NCBI GenBank assembly: GCA_963817895.1
Contig: CAWFQB010000006.1
Location: 32,001-96,000, forward strand
Length of the DNA: 64,000 nt
Origin: an uncultured Chthonomonadaceae bacterium
GTDB lineage: Bacteria; Armatimonadota; Chthonomonadetes; Chthonomonadales; Chthonomonadaceae
Direction: 5' to 3'
The first letter of the stretch is position 1. Each line of letters begins with the position of its first letter. This document shows, piece by piece, positions 49,780 to 60,652 of this stretch. Position numbers and translations under genes: made by a program. The notes under the pieces are model-generated. The model saw nothing but the letters and a program-made list of their open reading frames with translations, was not told the origin of the DNA and ran no database searches.

Positions 49780-51865
49780 ATGGCGAATTCAACGCTTCGC
49801 GCTTCGCAACTGCTTCAGCAACATGAACTCCTGCTCCACCAGCGCATTGACCGCGTATTTGCGGGCCTGATGCTGTTTCAATGGATTGCCGGGATCTGCG
49901 CCGCGTTGTGGCTGTCGCCGCGCACCTGGATCGGAGCCGCCAGCCAGACGCATATTCATGTATGGGCGGCTGTTCTGCTCGGCGGGCTGATTACTCTGCT
50001 GCCTGTCTGCCTTACCCTGTCTTTATTCCGGTAAGACCCTCACCCGTCACGTTGTCGCCATTGGACAAATGCTGATGTCCGCGCTGCTGATTCACCTTAC
50101 GGGCGGGCGGCTGGAAACCCATTTTCATGTGTTCGGGTCCCTGGCGTTTCTGGCCTTTTACCGGGATTGGCGCGTTATTCTGACGGGCACAATTGTCACG
50201 GCGCTCGATCATTTCTTGCGCGGCTGTTCTGGCCGCAGTCCGTGTACGGCATTGCCGCTGTGGAAACCTGGCGCTGGCTGGAACATGCCGGATGGGTGGT
50301 TTTTGAAGATGTTTTCCTGATTTTGTCCTGCCTGTCAAGCCGCCGGGAAATGCGCGAAGTTTGTGAGCGGGACGCGCACATGGAGCAGCAAAACAGCGAA
50401 TCTGGAACAATTGGTTGCCACGCGCACAGCCTCGCTGCAAGCCGCGAACGAGGTTTTGGAAAAGAGACATCACGCAGCGGAAAGAACTGGAAGCGCAAAT
50501 CGTGCATCAGGCGTATTACGATGCGCTTTCCGGCCTGCCTAACCGTACCCTGTTCAATGACCGTCTGGAGCAGGCGCTGGCCCGCGCCCGGCAACTGCGC
50601 AGCGCGGTCGCCATCATGTTCATTGACGTGGATAACTTCAAGTTTATCAATGACAGCCTGGGGCATGAGGCTGGCGATGAACTGCTGGTTGTCGTGGCGG
50701 ACAGGCTGCGGGAATGCGCGCGTCCGGGCGATACGATTGCGCGCATGGGCGGCGATGAGTTTACTATTCTGCTGGAAAACATCACCGGCACCGAAGAAGT
50801 GACACGGATTGCGGAGCGTATTCTGCAACGGCTTGCGCCTGGCAGTTCCGCTTTCGTCTCACGAAGTGTTTATTACAGTGCAGTATTGGCATTGCTGTGA
50901 GCGATTGGGACACGGCCTGGGTGGAAACGGTTCTGCGCGACGCCGATACAGCCATGTATCAGGCCAAACTGAACGGCAAAGGGGGTTATGTCGTTTTCGA
51001 TCCCAGCATGAACGAGCGCATTGTGGAGCGGGTGGAGATCGAAACCGGACTGCGGCGCGCGGTGGAGAACGAAGAGTTCCGCGTCTATTACCAGCCGATC
51101 ATAGACCTGGAAACCGGGCAGCATCAACGGAGCCGAAGCCCTTGTTCGCTGGGAACATCCCACGCTTGGGCTGATGTCTCGCCGGCAAAGTTTATTCCCA
51201 TTGCGGAAGAAACGGGCTTGATCGTGCCGATTGGAACCTGGGTGCTGGCCCAATCCTGCCGACAGGCTAAAATATGGCAGGAGGAGAGCGCGGCGAACCG
51301 GTCCTTTATTATCAGCGTCAATCTTTCCGGGTCGTCAGCTTACAGGACGAGGATTTATGCCGGAAGGTCGCCGCCGTCCTGCGCGAAACCGGGCTTGTCT
51401 CCTGCCAGTCTGAAACTGGAAATTACGGAAAGCGTGATGATGGAGAATCTGGACGCGGCGATCAGCCGATTGAAGGAGTTGAAAGCGTTGGGCGTACTGC
51501 TGTCCGTAGACGACTTCGGCACGGGCTACTCGTCCCTGTCCTATTTGCAGCGCCTGCCAATTGACAACGTAAAGATTGATCGCTCGTTCGTGAATGTCAT
51601 GGGCAGCGAAGCGCAGCCCCGCGCCGTTGTTGAAGCGATTATCATGCTGTGCCGAGCCATGAACCTCAACGTTACCGGCGAGGGCATCGAAAATTCCGAG
51701 CAACTGACGCAATTAAAAGCAATGGGATGCGATTACGGGCAGGGCTATCTGTTCGCCAAACCCATCGTCGTCAGCGCGTTCAGCGCGTTGCTGAACAACC
51801 CTTTGTGGGTTTCCGCTCCGCCTGCCGCGCTGCCCCCGCTGGAAACCAGCAGACAGGCGGCGTGA
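49780..51865 (+). CDS. membrane-anchored GGDEF-EAL protein (several frameshifts)
   Basis: TM region with ETHFHVF; DALSGLPNR, DVDNFK, ARMGGDEF; LEITES, DDFGTGYSSL, KIDRSF, QGYLF. Confidence 0.88.
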
Positions 51866-51938
51866 AAGATTGTCTTCCAGGTAACTCGGTCACGGGAATT
51901 ATTTTGGAGTGACCTTGCTCCGCAAGTGGGGATGTGAA

Positions 51939-52010
51939 TGATTACCATGATGAACGCGCCTGCCCAATCATGGTAATCACGAAAATCATGAAAAATCATG
52001 GTTCAGACAA
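51939..52010. repeat. AATCATG-type short repeats with inverted arm between convergent genes
   Basis: TGATTACCATGAT...ATCATGGTAATCA followed by aaaatcatg x2. Confidence 0.6.
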
Positions 52011-53634
52011 ATTTGGTATGGTGACAGGCAGGCGTCCGGTGGGAGTAAACGCGCCGAAAAGGGCGTCTGCAATGGCTTCCAGACTGCACGAGCGGTGTCC
52101 ATAACCGCAGACGTAGTTTTCTACTCGGGAAAATGGCGCAGGTCGTAGGGTTCGCGCAGGGCAACGACAATCAGATTGCCCCCAACGCGCTTGCTCAATT
52201 CCCGCACCAGTTCCGCCTGCTTGCCCATATCCATGCGTTCGCTGGCTGAACGCTTCCGGCGGACTAGTCGCCACAATCACCTGGTCTGCCTTTGCCGCCT
52301 GTTCCAGCGCGTTTGCGAAACCATCTGCTTTGCTCTTCGCGTTCAGACAGCAAACAAGCTCGTGTTGGCATGATGCGCCTGCAAATAGTGCGTCAACGCC
52401 TTTGCGCGGGAATGGGCGGAAATCACGAGCAGCGATTGTTCCGATTGTAATTTCAACGGCAGCGCGTTGTTATGCCGTACAAACGTAACGGCCGCGCGGG
52501 CAATTTCCCGTTCCAGCGCGTCATGGCGGGATCAAGATACGCGGGAACGGACTAGCCTGTATCCGTCGTACCAGATTGACCTTCTTCCTGTGACTGCGCA
52601 AACCGCTGTTTCGCCGCGAAAATCCGCTCCACCGCTTCATTCAGTCGCGCCAAAGGCAATTCGCCCGAACGAGCGGCTTCCAGCAGCAGTTGAAACGTTT
52701 CGCGTTGCGTTTCCAGCGTGTGACAGATGAGCGCCATATCCGCGCCCGCCTGCAACGCCAGCAACGCGCCTCGCGCCGTCCCTACCGTTTCGGAAATGGC
52801 ATGCATCTCCAGACAATCCGTAATCACGACGCCATCAAAGCCCAATTCCTGCCGCAGCAGTCCCGTCAAAACCGGGCGCGAAAGGGTTGCGGGAAGTTCG
52901 TCTGTCCAGCGCGGGAAACAGAATGTGCGTGGTCATAATGGCTCCCACGCCCGCGCCAATCAGGGCGCGAAACGGCTTCAACTCTATCGCGTCCAGGCGT
53001 TCGCGGCTTCCGGGCACAGTGGGCAGGGCAAGATGCGAGTCTACGGACGTGTCGCCATGACCGGGGAAATGCTTGGCGCAGGCGAGAACGCCCTGTTTCC
53101 TGATAGCCCTGCATCATCGCCATGCCCAATTCGGCCACGCGCTCCGCGTCTTCGCCAAACGAGCGGACGCCGATAATGGGGTTGTCCGCATTGCAGTTGA
53201 CATCCACAACGGGCGCGAAATTCCAGTTGACGCCCACGCTCGCGCAACTCGCGCGCCTGCGCCTGCCCCTGCTTCCGCGCAAACGCTTCGCCACCGGTTT
53301 GCTATGCTGCTTCCGGTAATCGCGCCAAGCGCCATATTGCCGGGAAACGCATGGAACGGCGGCCCGAACCGGTTCACCATGCCGCCTTCCTGATCTACGG
53401 CCACAAACAGCGGCATGGCGGAACGCGCCTGCAATTCGGCAACACAGGGCGCGCGTTGTATCCGGGTCAGGCACATTGCGCCCCATCAAAATCACCGCGC
53501 CCGCGTGAAGTTCCTCCACAATCGCCTGCGCATGGGCATTGAAAAGGTGCCGCCGATTCGGTTTCAGTCGCGTCCCACCCCAGGCACAACACCTGCCCCA
53601 CCTTCTGCTCCAGCGTCAAATCCTCGATGTTCAT
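51996..53634 (-). CDS. nagZ: GH3 beta-N-acetylhexosaminidase (heavily frameshifted)
   Basis: AVDQEGG, APVVDVN...NPIIGVRSFG, KHFPGHGDT..DSH, ITDCLEM across frames. Confidence 0.82.
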
Positions 53635-54699
53635 TTTGCTTCTACTACGTGTATTCGCGTGGATTCGCGTCTAAATTCTTTTCTTCCAGGTTTCGCGGGC
53701 GCGTCCAGAAAGCGTCGTCGCGTCCGTTGTAGTAGTCGGACAAAACCAGTATCTATCACTTCCGAGGTTCGGGTTGCCGTATGTCCCGTGCTTGGACACT
53801 CGCCCCTGCCGTTAAGATGGTTGACAATGGTTTCGATCAGCGGCGTTTGAATGTGGCGCGGGTTGGGCAGGTCGAAGGTTTCATCACCGTGCCGATGCTG
53901 AAACTGTACCGGCTCATTGCTGAACGTGGACAGCGAAACGCGCCCGTCCGTGCCGGAAATCTCAATCACATCTTCGCGGATATGACCGGCAAAATTCCAT
54001 TGCGCTACTCCGAGCGCGCCGTTGCAATGTGAAACCGCATGGCAACGCTGTCTTCCACATCATGCGGACGTGGCGACATTGGCGGCGGTTCCGCTCACAT
54101 CCTGCAGCGGGCCGAGCATAAAATCCAGAATGTCAAGCGTATGGCAGCCCAGGTCGAGAAACACGCCCCCGCCCGCGTCTTCGGCAACCACGCGCCAGGG
54201 CAGATTTTGCGGGTCGAGATTCCGGTGCATCGGGCGAAGAGAAGCGGTAAGCTACGCCCGTCACGGTTCCAATGGCCCCTGTTTCAATCAGTTCTTTCGC
54301 TTTCAGGAACCGGGGCAGGGCGCGGCGGTAATACGCGACAAAAAGGGGCAATCCCGCCTTATCAAAGGCAGCCGTCATTGCCCGACATTCGACTCCGCTC
54401 CGCGCCATCGGCTTTTCGATATACGCGGGCTTGCCTGCCGCACACGCCTGCAGCGCGTAATCCAGATGCGAACCGGGCGGCGTGGCGATATAAATCGCGT
54501 TCACGTCGGGATGGTGAATAATCTCTTCGGCCTTGTCCGACCAGAACGGAACACCATGCCGATCGGCAAAATCCTTCGCCTTTTCGCCATCCCGCCGCAT
54601 CACAGCAACCAACGCGCTGCCGGCCACATTCTGGAATCCCGGCCCGCTTTTCACCTCGCACACATCCCCGCACCCGATAATGCCCCATTGTATGGTCAT
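53631..54699 (-). CDS. Gfo/Idh/MocA oxidoreductase (frameshifts; 3' end approximate)
   Basis: WGIIGCGDV, IYIATPPGSH, YIEKPMA, VAYYRR. Confidence 0.85.
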
Positions 54700-54792
54700 A
54701 GAAACTCCTGAAAACCGTAATGAATAACAAATCAACACATGTTCAAGAACACGCCAGAAGCGCAGTTACTGAACAGCGTCTAAAACATGTGG

Positions 54793-54809
54793 GAAGTATA
54801 CCATAGAGC
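54793..54809 (-). promoter_or_regulatory. 17-bp repeat copy 1 containing an extended -10 (TGGTATACT)
   Basis: GAAGTATACCATAGAGC, identical to 57022-57038. Confidence 0.5.
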
Positions 54810-55033
54810 CATTTGCGCGAGGACGCTTTTGCCCCGTAAATTAGGAAAAGCAGCAGGCTAATCGTTTTTCCTATCCAGCATAGCGCGCTTCCTGCGAAAT
54901 CGGTAAAACATTCGTGAGTACCGGTTGTGATGTTGTAATGCCCACAACTGAAATTGTTGAAAACGATAGGCAGGTAGTGTACAATAGAAGCGGGTACAGT
55001 CCGCTGCCCGCCACTATCTGAGAGGAGTAGACC

Positions 55034-55276
55034 ATGACCGTTACCATTGCGCCGGAGGTAGAAGTCAAATTGCAAGCCAAAGTCATCCAGGACGGCGACG
55101 ACATGGATAGCGTTGTGAACCGTCTTCTGGTTGCCGCGCTGGAGTGGGACGCCTTAGACCGCGAAGAAGCCATTGCAGGTATCCAGCGCGGTCTTGACGC
55201 CGGCGCGGCAGGGCGCGTCCGTCCGGCATCCGAAGTGTTTGCGCAGATGCGCGCGACGTTGAAGGCAGAAGCATGA
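55034..55276 (+). CDS. putative antitoxin
   Basis: GAGGAG RBS; EEAIAGIQRGLDAGAAGRVRPASEVF; ATGA overlap with toxin. Confidence 0.75.
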   Translation: MTVTIAPEVEVKLQAKVIQDGDDMDSVVNRLLVAALEWDALDREEAIAGIQRGLDAGAAGRVRPASEVFAQMRATLKAEA

Positions 55277-55598
55277 ACTACGAAGTCGAGTTCACCGATG
55301 TTGCCCATATGGAAGTTCAGGACATTTTGCTCTGGATGATAGGGCGTGACCCAAACGGGGCCAAACGCTGGCAGGAGGGTTTGGAAACAGCAGCAGAATC
55401 GCTTTCAATGTTCCCACGCCGTTGTCCGTTGGCTCCTGAGAACGAGGCATTCGATGTAGAAGCGCGTCAACTGCTGTATGGAGCCTACCGTATTCTGTAT
55501 ACGCTCATAGATAGCGACGATGATGGCGAGAACGACATTTGCACGTTCGGCGCGGCGCGCGCCAATACCTTCACCAGCAGGACGATCACGCCAGGTAA
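55273..55598 (+). CDS. RelE/ParE-family toxin (frameshift near 55538)
   Basis: YEVEFTDVA...SLSMFPRRCPLAPE...RQLLYGAYRILY; LHVRRGAR in shifted frame ending TAA 55596-55598. Confidence 0.8.
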
Positions 55599-55734
55599 GG
55601 CGAACCTTGCATTGTAACCACACGCGGCAAGTTCATCCAGTAAGTTGATGTTGACGGTTAAAGTTTTCCATTGGCCTGACGGATCACAAATGGGAGTGCA
55701 GCCATTTGTGATCCCATTTTGTAATCCTCTTGTT

Positions 55735-56184
55735 TCAGCCAACCAAACCTGTGCCTTTGTAGCGCCTGTTCTTCGCGGCTTCTGCCTGTTCAATAAATTC
55801 CATTATAACTTCCTTTTTGATACCGCCAGCATTGATACAAATCGTAGCCCCAGCCGACCCGAAAGCTAGTACTTGCTGCCGTGTTCCGAAGTAAAGCCCA
55901 ACGAACAATAAAGCAATCACGAGGCCAACAACAAAGAGAATACTGCCGTCATTGTGAACACCGAAAGCCGCAAAGGCCCCTGAGATCAAAGAGATGGCAG
56001 CGATGATGAGAAAGACAGAATTGCTGGAACTTACAGTAGCACAGGAAGCTAATTCCTCCAGCATGATGCTGATTAGCTCACCACTTCCGGTTGCCTGTAC
56101 GTCATAACGAATGCGGTGAGAGGTAAGGACAAGACTGCCACTGGGGGACTTGAGCAAGATTTGCTCATCGGGAAAAAGGTTCAT
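55735..56184 (-). CDS. hypothetical 2-TM membrane protein, lower GC
   Basis: GGAGAG RBS; PH-like LVLTSHRI start plus two hydrophobic helices. Confidence 0.65.
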   Translation of the reverse strand: MNLFPDEQILLKSPSGSLVLTSHRIRYDVQATGSGELISIMLEELASCATVSSSNSVFLIIAAISLISGAFAAFGVHNDGSILFVVGLVIALLFVGLYFGTRQQVLAFGSAGATICINAGGIKKEVIMEFIEQAEAAKNRRYKGTGLVG

Positions 56185-56277
56185 GCACTCTCTCCTTATA
56201 TGTAAATACTGTTGTTATGACTATACTTCAAAATTGTATTCGATTGTATGGTTTGCAAAATTGTATTTGCGCGAAGT

Positions 56278-56613
56278 TCACGCGATGGCAAAGTCGGTGT
56301 ATTGGCGCAAGTCTGCCGGGTGGAATGCGAGAACGATGTTTTCTTTCGGTACGCCCTCCTGCATTAACATTTCCGCGAGGCGCAGGTTGGTTCCGTCGTG
56401 TTGAATCCAAACTTTATCGTCCAATACGTCCACATGCAGATACACATCATCCACGCGCCGCTTGCCTTCCCAACCCACCTGCCCTAGCTGGTAATGCCCG
56501 ACCGTTTCATCACAAATCAGTTCGGTTCGCAGGTCGGCTTCGGAAGGGGTCATGGCGGCAACCTCTTCAAAAACACGCCGGACAATCACGCGAAATTCGC
56601 AGGTTCGATCCAT
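56278..56613 (-). CDS. xisI: XisI-family protein
   Basis: HYQL..VGW.GKRR....LHVDV.DDKVWIQHDGT...L...GVPKENIVLAFHP..LRQYTDFA. Confidence 0.9.
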   Translation of the reverse strand: MDRTCEFRVIVRRVFEEVAAMTPSEADLRTELICDETVGHYQLGQVGWEGKRRVDDVYLHVDVLDDKVWIQHDGTNLRLAEMLMQEGVPKENIVLAFHPADLRQYTDFAIA

Positions 56614-57017
56614 TCCATTGCCTCCTTTTCCTGTGGGTCGTAGAAGATCAAGTGGGCGCGAAAGGCGCGCAGAATATGGCGAAAATCTTTCTCATCCAGC
56701 AGAAATTCGCGGATGCTGTTGGGGACAGCCAGATAGAGCACTCGTTCCGGCTCACGCAATTCCAGAATCGCCTGATAAATGCCGTATTGACCGAGCGCGT
56801 CTTCCAGATCATCCAACTCGGATAATCCAAGAAAACTCTTGATCTCAACAGCAATCTTCTGCCCTTCCTTTTCGGCGGCAATCGGCATTTCCGCTGCCAG
56901 ATCAATGTAGGCTTTACGTTTGCCGATTACAAGGCGGTAAGGATCATGCGTGATGTTCCATCCCTCCTTGATGAGCGCATTGCATACTTAAGTATGAAAA
57001 GTATCTTTAACAGGCAT
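56586..57017 (-). pseudogene. xisH: XisH-family protein with in-frame TAA at codon 10
   Basis: MPVKDTFHT*VCNALIKEGWNITHDP...IDLAAE...KIAVEIKSF...ALGQY..Y...EPERVLYLAVP. Confidence 0.8.
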
Positions 57018-57021
57018 AAGC

Positions 57022-57038
57022 GAAGTATACCATAGAGC
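57022..57038 (-). promoter_or_regulatory. 17-bp repeat copy 2; extended -10 six bases before the xisH ATG (leaderless-type)
   Basis: minus strand GCTCTATGGTATACT-TCGCTT-ATG. Confidence 0.55.
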
Positions 57039-57475
57039 AATCCACAGATTGCTTTGCTTCTGGCAGTGCGTCGGAGAAAGCATCTGAGTCCTCCGTCTAA
57101 TGTGCCATACTTTGTACAATGAGCAGACAATTCAGAACCGTAGATTACGCGGCTACCAGATCAGCGCGCAGGCCGGGGATACGGTGACAATTCACTACAA
57201 AATCCGCGCCATTGCGGGCAAAGCCATTTCTTAACCTGTGAGAGAATTTCAGATACTTCTCTCCGACAGACTGCCGGCGAGGAACAAGCGGTCAGGAGAG
57301 GGGCCGTGTCCACAAGTGGACGCCCGGTGAGGTAATTACGCTGCAAAACTACCATAAATGCGATACAATAGGAAAAGCAGTCGGCAATGTTTGATGCTTC
57401 TGAATCCTATGCGCGTACATTCGCGTTCATTCGCGGCTAACTCTGTTTTATTTACATTGGGAACAAGGCGGTATT

Positions 57476-58114
57476 ATGGCGGCGGGGACAGATAAATCGC
57501 GGGTAACGGCGTGGCGGATTGTGGGCGCGTTTGCAGGCGTGTGGCTGCTCGGAACGTGGTTGTGGAACATCGGGCAGGCGCATCGTAACGGCCTGCCGCC
57601 CGAAACCGGCCCCGTCGTACTCGCCATGCAGAAGATCGGACAACTGCATACGGCCTCCTTCACGATGAAAGATGTGGTGCGCGACGAATCGCAGGTGGAA
57701 CCGGAGGGCGTGATCGGCAGCGTGCCGGGCGTGTCCAACGTGGTGCATTGGGCGACCCGCAATCAGGTGTTGGTGGTGGCGGATGGCGTGGTGGAAGCGG
57801 GCATTGACCTGTCGGCCATTACGCCGAAGGACGTGACGGGAACCAAAGACGCGACCGGCAAACCCGTGTGGCGCGTTCATCTTCCGCCCGTGACGATTTA
57901 CCCGCCGAACGTGAAAGTGCGCGTCGAGCAGAACAATCCCGGCTGGATGTGGCACGACGACAACATTGTTCCCAAAGCGCAGGAAAAAGCCTCGCAACGC
58001 CTGCGCGAAGCCGCCGACAACAGCGGCATCCGCAAGCAGGCGCAGGACAACGCCATCCAAACCCTCCACGCCATGCAGCAAACCATGGGCCGCGACGTAG
58101 AGTTTTACTTCTAG
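57476..58114 (+). CDS. DUF4230-family protein
   Basis: N-terminal TM; IGQLHT...VLVVADGVVEAGIDLS...VHLPP...GIRKQAQDNA. Confidence 0.8.
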   Translation: MAAGTDKSRVTAWRIVGAFAGVWLLGTWLWNIGQAHRNGLPPETGPVVLAMQKIGQLHTASFTMKDVVRDESQVEPEGVIGSVPGVSNVVHWATRNQVLVVADGVVEAGIDLSAITPKDVTGTKDATGKPVWRVHLPPVTIYPPNVKVRVEQNNPGWMWHDDNIVPKAQEKASQRLREAADNSGIRKQAQDNAIQTLHAMQQTMGRDVEFYF

Positions 58115-58182
58115 AACGAAGCGCAACCCACACTTTAAAGGAGTTGAGGGAGTACCTGTGATGGTCAAGGTAATGAACCTTT

Positions 58183-59346
58183 TTACGGTTGTGAGATCAT
58201 TGAAATACACCATTTAAGCAATACATTGCGAACAATATACTCAAATGTGTGAAGTAGCATGGGCGTGTCCTCATGTTGCCAAGAAGCAGCAAATGTATAT
58301 GTCGCAATTCCACTCGGCACTTCGGCGTAACCAGATCCTTCTTCTATATTTCCTAAGAGACCAGGTGATTCACACATTGGTAAGGGAAAGGGTCTTCCTT
58401 CATGCAAAGCTTTCGACCTATAATCATAGATTTGGCTTAATGCTGCCCGCATATTAGTTTTCGACCACCTAAAACGCGCGTACTCGGGAGGGCAAAGTGT
58501 TGGCGCATCGGGAAGAAATTGCATAATAAAGCGGATGAACTTGCTTGTCACTCCTAATGAGGGTGCAATTTGCGCCGCAACTTTATAGGCCAATTCAGGC
58601 CCGCCCGAATTCATGAGTAGACTGAAAATTTCAGGCTTTGAGGCTTCGAGCTTATCTAATGGCGCTTCTGCTGCGCCATCCCAATGAACGGCAGCAGTTT
58701 CGATAGCAGAAACTAACATCAACCAAGCCAGTTCAGGGGCTGCTTCTGCAACCCACATGGCATTCTGATATGTCCGAGCGGCTACAACCAGAGCGGTGGC
58801 ACTCTGCGGCTTCATTCGTGGAATAGATGTGAAAGTGTTTATCAGGTTGATATTGTTAAGGCTATGTTCTCCTAGAGCATAAGGCATGATATATCGTCGG
58901 CCTGAGTATCTGCGTGACAGTACAGGCTGCGGATTATCGTTTAAATTTCGCGGCCTGCCACGAGGATCAGATTTAGGAACAAACTCGCGTAATACTCCGC
59001 CTACCTCCACGCGAATACCCAACGCCAGAGAAATGAGTGCTGCAATCTCATCGTGAAGGCCTCCCGCATGATAACGAGAATTATCCGTCTGTTTGCTTTG
59101 CCTGTTCTGGTACTCATCATCAAGTTGAATGCTATCAAACCGAAGTATGATGCCTGGTCGCAGAGAATGATCTTCTCCAAAGGCCGCCCCATTTAGTAGT
59201 TGAAATGGGCCGATCCCCGAAGACAACTCTCCAGTGATATGAGCATCTGTAAAAAGCGATAACTCATAAGATGTACGGATAGGGTTGTCATTGTAATATG
59301 CCTTCCAATTAGCATACACTTCCGGCCCTAATGGAATATCAGCCAT
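58183..59346 (-). CDS. ApeA-like HEPN-domain protein, putative RNase toxin or defence effector, low GC
   Basis: LAWLMLVSAIE followed by IYDYRSKALHEG (R-x4-H); own TATAAT upstream. Confidence 0.65.
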   Translation of the reverse strand: MADIPLGPEVYANWKAYYNDNPIRTSYELSLFTDAHITGELSSGIGPFQLLNGAAFGEDHSLRPGIILRFDSIQLDDEYQNRQSKQTDNSRYHAGGLHDEIAALISLALGIRVEVGGVLREFVPKSDPRGRPRNLNDNPQPVLSRRYSGRRYIMPYALGEHSLNNINLINTFTSIPRMKPQSATALVVAARTYQNAMWVAEAAPELAWLMLVSAIETAAVHWDGAAEAPLDKLEASKPEIFSLLMNSGGPELAYKVAAQIAPSLGVTSKFIRFIMQFLPDAPTLCPPEYARFRWSKTNMRAALSQIYDYRSKALHEGRPFPLPMCESPGLLGNIEEGSGYAEVPSGIATYTFAASWQHEDTPMLLHTFEYIVRNVLLKWCISMISQP

Positions 59347-59418
59347 AACAAAAACTCCAGCGTTATTATAGAATAAGGAACAGGTAGATCGCGTTTTTGT
59401 AATCACCTGCTCCTACGC

Positions 59419-59448
59419 TTGCGATAAAGGGGCGTCGTATGTTACAAT
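59419..59448 (+). promoter_or_regulatory. sigma70-type promoter
   Basis: TTGCGA-N18-TACAAT with TGn extension. Confidence 0.6.
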
Positions 59449-59454
59449 GGGTTG

Positions 59455-59533
59455 TGAGGTCATTGCAGGTCGACGCCCATTCAGGACGTTGGAAGGCGGC
59501 GGGGGCGACGGGTTGCAGCCTGTCGCTTTTTGC
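59455..59533 (+). ncRNA. candidate ~80-nt small RNA
   Basis: Promoter upstream; terminator GCGACGGG-TTGCAG-CCTGTCGC-TTTTT at 59505-59531; no complete ORF inside. Confidence 0.4.
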
Positions 59534-59571
59534 TTTTCTTCCAGAGTTACTTAGCCTATTTGTTGCTTGAG

Positions 59572-60165
59572 CTACACCAGTTTGCAGCGTTCCAGCGCAA
59601 TCTCCACGACTTTGCCGGACACCTCGAATTCACGGGCAATCCATTCCGCCAGATGCGCGATACCAAACTGATCCAACTCGGTGGTATCAATGCCCCGCTC
59701 TTCGGCGTACCGTTGCGCCCTCGCCCACGCTTCCGTTAATTCTGTGCGTGGAACCAGCATCATACCGGCCATGCGATTAGCTTGCGTTTCCATGCGCGTG
59801 TACAATTTGGCGTCCCTTGCGATCAGCCAGCGTTTCCAGTCGGCAATGTTAGCCGGACAATTTTCCCGAATGTAATCGCCATGCAGAAGAATGTGCGCCA
59901 ATTCATGCGCAATGGTAAAACGATACCGGGCAGGATGCCGCGTCATGACTTTTTCATCAATCATCAAATCCTGCTGATCCGTACTGAGGTAGCCAACGAT
60001 GCCAAAACGGTCACTGAAACCCGGAATAGGCACAATGCCAACGCGGAAATCCGTTTCCAGTATCTCCTCAATTGGAATGGGAATAATCCTCTGAGGCAGA
60101 TACTCGGCAAGAAAGGCTTCAGCGCGTTCTTCAAGCATTTCATCTGGAAGAAATGGTATGTTCAC
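59572..60165 (-). CDS. ImmA/IrrE-family metallopeptidase
   Basis: IPIPIEEI; RYRFTIAHELAHILLH (HExxH); METQANRMAGMMLVP. Confidence 0.92.
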   Translation of the reverse strand: MNIPFLPDEMLEERAEAFLAEYLPQRIIPIPIEEILETDFRVGIVPIPGFSDRFGIVGYLSTDQQDLMIDEKVMTRHPARYRFTIAHELAHILLHGDYIRENCPANIADWKRWLIARDAKLYTRMETQANRMAGMMLVPRTELTEAWARAQRYAEERGIDTTELDQFGIAHLAEWIAREFEVSGKVVEIALERCKLV

Positions 60166-60170
60166 GCAAT

Positions 60171-60617
60171 CTAATACTCCCTTCGTATAGTGGCGATTAG
60201 CTCATCAAGCAGTGTCTCATCAACGGCGTCTCCTTCCAGTGTGCGGAACAGCGCGGGAAGTTTGCCCACAAGCTGTTCATCGTTGAGTATGCGAGGCGGC
60301 ACTTCGCCGCGATAAATGGAAGCAAGACGTACCGCTTCACGCCACCGCGAATCATTGGCATCAAGGCACAACGCTTTGCGATAGATGTCCAGCTTCGTGG
60401 CATCGGCAGGAGGAGCCATCTTTCCCCGTTCAATTTTGCTGTAATTGCCGGGATCGGAGCCGATAGACTCAGCAAACGCGCGCAGCGAGACACGCTGTTC
60501 GAGACGCAGCTCCTTGATGTACTCCCCAAAAGTGGTTGGTGTGGTCAATAGTTGTCTCCTCGTTGGGGTTTTACGCCGACTCCTTTTCACAATGTATTCA
60601 TAAGCAGAAGCCATCAT
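60171..60617 (-). CDS. XRE-family HTH repressor
   Basis: FGEYIKELRLEQRVSLRAFAESIGSDPGNYSKIERGK; start uncertain. Confidence 0.9.
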   Translation of the reverse strand: MMASAYEYIVKRSRRKTPTRRQLLTTPTTFGEYIKELRLEQRVSLRAFAESIGSDPGNYSKIERGKMAPPADATKLDIYRKALCLDANDSRWREAVRLASIYRGEVPPRILNDEQLVGKLPALFRTLEGDAVDETLLDELIATIRREY

Positions 60618-60652
60618 GAGCTTCTTCAGTTACGCTGCCGAACACGAACAGC

